Part shown: piece after piece, positions 61,520 to 64,000 of the stretch
Numbering within the stretch: the stretch's first letter is position 1
How the letters are laid out: each line of letters starts with the position of its first letter
Origin: Polyangiales bacterium
Lineage (GTDB): Bacteria; Myxococcota_A; Polyangia; Polyangiales; Polyangiaceae
Direction of reading: 5' to 3'
DNA: 64,000 nucleotides
Assembly: GCA_038230375.1 (NCBI GenBank)
Contig: JBBRNJ010000033.1
Coordinates: forward strand, 22,232 to 86,231
Made by a program: the position numbers and the translations under genes
Notes under the pieces: model-generated
The model's input: the letters and a program-made list of their open reading frames with translations, nothing else
What the model was told of the DNA's origin: nothing
Databases searched by the model: none

Positions 61520-64000
61520 CTAGCGATCCAGTCCGAGCCGCGAGCGCGCTTCGGAGTACGGATCGGACACGCTGAAGACCAGGAGCTCGCGTGCCTCGAC
61601 GGTGCGAGCCACCCAGGCCGCGCGCTCCTCCGCGCCCGATGGCGCCTTGTCGATACCGGTGGTCCACGCGATCGCCTCGACGGCGGCCGTGGGATCGCCG
61701 ATGGCGAGGAGCGCGGCGCGGTTCGACCACGCCACCGCCGCAGCGCCGACCTGCAGGGACTGCTGGCCAAGGTTCGCGGCCAGCTCGAGCGCCAGCGTGC
61801 CGAGCTGCGGATCCGGCACCCTGGGCATCACGGGCTGGAGCCGGCGCAGCGCTGCATCGAGCGCCTGCGCGTTCACGCCCGGCGGCTTCCACCCCGGGTT
61901 GAATGCCGAGAGCCACGCAAGGAGCAGCACGGCCATCTCTTGCGAGGGGACGCGGACGAGCGACGAAGCGCGCGACTGCACGGACTTGAGAGCACGCGAG
62001 AGAAGGAAGGCCTTTGCGCGATCGTTCTGCGCGGAAAGCAGAGGCTCCCCGATCACGATCATCGGAGGGTTCGAGCCGCAAGGCACGCACACGCGACCCA
62101 GGGCGGGGGATACGAGCACGTTGAGGCCGTTGATGCCCATCGTCGAGGCGATGGCGCTGGCCATGGTGCTGACGGGGTTGCCCTGCGGCAGCGTGTTGGC
62201 CTTGAGCGCTCGCAGGTCCACGGGGGCGGCAAGATCGAGCGCATCGCCCGCTTGCGCCAAAATGGAGCGAAGGCCAGCGCCGAGGACCTCGGGCGCGAGC
62301 AGGTCGTCCAGGCGCGGATCGAACGCGCGCATCTCCGCGCCTCGAAGGCGAGCGCTGTTGCCCTCGAGCGCCGCGAGCGTCGCGGCGACAACGTTGGCCG
62401 CGTCCTTCTTTCCGCGCAGCTCGTAGGCCGTTGCCAGGATCTGAAACAGGGACGTCACCAGGCGCCCGCCCGCAAAGGCACGACGCGCGTCGCCAGCGGC
62501 GCGATCGAGGAGGATATGCATGGCGGGGATCTGCTTCTGGCGTGAGTAGAACTCGGCCAGCGCACGCAGCGCGGTGACGGAGGTGGGGAACTCCTTGCGG
62601 GCTCCCTCGAGCACCTGCTCGGCCTTGCGGAGCTCCTTACCGACGTTCTCGTGCAGCTCGGCAAGCGCGATGAGGCGAGAGAGCCGCGTGTCCTCGTCGT
62701 CGGCAAGGCCGATGAGCTCCTGCATCACCTCTGCGGCGTGCGGGGCGTCGTTCTTCTGGCGGTACACGTCCACCAGGCGTTCGAGCGTGGCCTTGTCCTT
62801 CGGTGCGCGCTTCAGGACCTCCTTCAGCGCGACCTCTGCACGGGCCAGGTTCGGCGCGTGCTTGCTGTAGAGGACGCCGAGGCGCTCGTAGATCGCGCGC
62901 TGCTCGTCGGGCGTGGGCAAGAGGCGCGCAAGACGAACCCACGACTGCTCTGCCTCGGTCCAGTTCTTCGTCTTCTCGCAGAGGTCGGCGTAGGCCGAGA
63001 GCGCCGTGGTGTGGTCGGGGCGTGCTTCCAGCGCCTGACGCAGCGATGCTGCGGCGGGCTCCAGGTCGCCGATCTCGGCAAGGGCGCGCGCGCGGTCGAC
63101 CTCCAGGGTCACGCGCTCGTCGGGATCCGTCGCCCGCTCGAGGCGTGCAGACAGCAGTGTCGCGAGCTCTGCGTCGTTGTGACGAGCGGCGTACTTCGCC
63201 GAGAGGCGCGTGAACACGTCCTCGTAGGCGACGTCGATGCGAGCGGCTGCCTCGAGCGCCGCGATACCGCGATCTTCCTCGGAGACCACGTCGAGCCAGA
63301 GCTTGGCGGCGTCGTACCAAGCGAGCAGCTGGTGGGTCGTGACGGTGCTGGTGCGCGCGAGCGACTCGCAGGCCTCGGCGGAGCCACGCGGGTCCTGGGC
63401 ACGCTCGCGCGCGTCGGCCAGGAGGCCCCACGTCACACAATCGCCGGCGTCCTCGGTCGCGGCGCGCTCCAGCAGGTCACGGGCGACCTGCTCGCGATTG
63501 AGCTCCAGCGCGGCCTCACTGCCGCGACGGCAGAGCGCGGCGACCTCGCCCGCGCGCCCAGTGCGCTCGGAGAGGAGCACGGCCGTGTCCAGGATCGCTT
63601 GCGTGCTGTGCGTGACGCGCGCGTGTGCGTTCTTCGCGCGGACGGACCACAGCGGCGGCTCTGGTTGCTGCGCGGCGAGCTCCACGAGCGGGCGCGTGCC
63701 CTCGAAGTCCACCATGCCGCCGCGGAGCTTCAGCCGCGCTGCGAGCTGAGCGTGCGCCGCGCACTCGCCACCCGGCTTGCCACCAAGCGCGTACGCGATC
63801 TTTTCGGCGATGGGCTCGAGCTCCGCGTCCGAGCCCTGGCCAAGGTAGAAATGTTCGAGCGCGCGGAGGGCCGGCATGTGGAGCGGCTCGCGGTCGAGTA
63901 TCGCCTTGAACCCTGCATCGCGTGTGTCGCCTTGCTGCCGAAGCTGGAGATGCTCAATATCGGCGAGGCGCTCGGATGCCTCGCGGCGCCCGCGCACGTC
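61520..64000 (-). CDS. Large TPR-repeat protein (5' end outside the window)
   Basis: Open frame of more than 825 aa of tandem helical repeats, with a C-terminal degenerate peptidase-like domain (NRAALLAIGD..ELLVFSVS..Y..R.RLG) typical of myxobacterial TPR giants. Confidence 0.85.
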   Translation of the reverse strand, partial: DVRGRREASERLADIEHLQLRQQGDTRDAGFKAILDREPLHMPALRALEHFYLGQGSDAELEPIAEKIAYALGGKPGGECAAHAQLAARLKLRGGMVDFEGTRPLVELAAQQPEPPLWSVRAKNAHARVTHSTQAILDTAVLLSERTGRAGEVAALCRRGSEAALELNREQVARDLLERAATEDAGDCVTWGLLADARERAQDPRGSAEACESLARTSTVTTHQLLAWYDAAKLWLDVVSEEDRGIAALEAAARIDVAYEDVFTRLSAKYAARHNDAELATLLSARLERATDPDERVTLEVDRARALAEIGDLEPAAASLRQALEARPDHTTALSAYADLCEKTKNWTEAEQSWVRLARLLPTPDEQRAIYERLGVLYSKHAPNLARAEVALKEVLKRAPKDKATLERLVDVYRQKNDAPHAAEVMQELIGLADDEDTRLSRLIALAELHENVGKELRKAEQVLEGARKEFPTSVTALRALAEFYSRQKQIPAMHILLDRAAGDARRAFAGGRLVTSLFQILATAYELRGKKDAANVVAATLAALEGNSARLRGAEMRAFDPRLDDLLAPEVLGAGLRSILAQAGDALDLAAPVDLRALKANTLPQGNPVSTMASAIASTMGINGLNVLVSPALGRVCVPCGSNPPMIVIGEPLLSAQNDRAKAFLLSRALKSVQSRASSLVRVPSQEMAVLLLAWLSAFNPGWKPPGVNAQALDAALRRLQPVMPRVPDPQLGTLALELAANLGQQSLQVGAAAVAWSNRAALLAIGDPTAAVEAIAWTTGIDKAPSGAEERAAWVARTVEARELLVFSVSDPYSEARSRLGLDR

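Overview
GC-rich bacterial chromosome segment. Gene content (MYXO-CTERM-type tail, AgmX/PglI-like TonB-C domain, many Cys-rich lipoproteins and TPR proteins) points to a myxobacterium, probably Polyangiales; this is inferred. It holds about 50 densely packed, mostly core or envelope genes: a DEAD-box helicase (3' end off-window), SDR, polyprenyl synthetase with a GbsR-type regulator, L,D-transpeptidase, FKBP, PrsW, MscS-cNMP, sucA, plsC/cls, an ECF sigma factor, gamma-CA, miaB, acyl-CoA synthetase, CapA-like protein, matrixin, C-N hydrolase, trpBA, a kynureninase-like enzyme, RimK-family ligase, aspartokinase, typA, alpha-2-macroglobulin-pbpC, and a large TPR protein (5' end off-window). I saw no rRNA, tRNA, CRISPR array, transposase or phage genes. 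The most interesting signals are non-coding: (1) seven mirror-arranged CGTAAC/GTTACG boxes upstream of an ECF sigma with no adjacent anti-sigma, at the head of a lipoprotein-phospholipid gene run; (2) a ~145-nt single long hairpin between convergent genes; (3) a palindromic operator at the polyprenyl synthetase promoter; (4) intergenic hexamer repeats; (5) recurrent leaderless-type promoters. Several unusual protein architectures are also present. All product calls come from motif recognition by eye, with no database searches.
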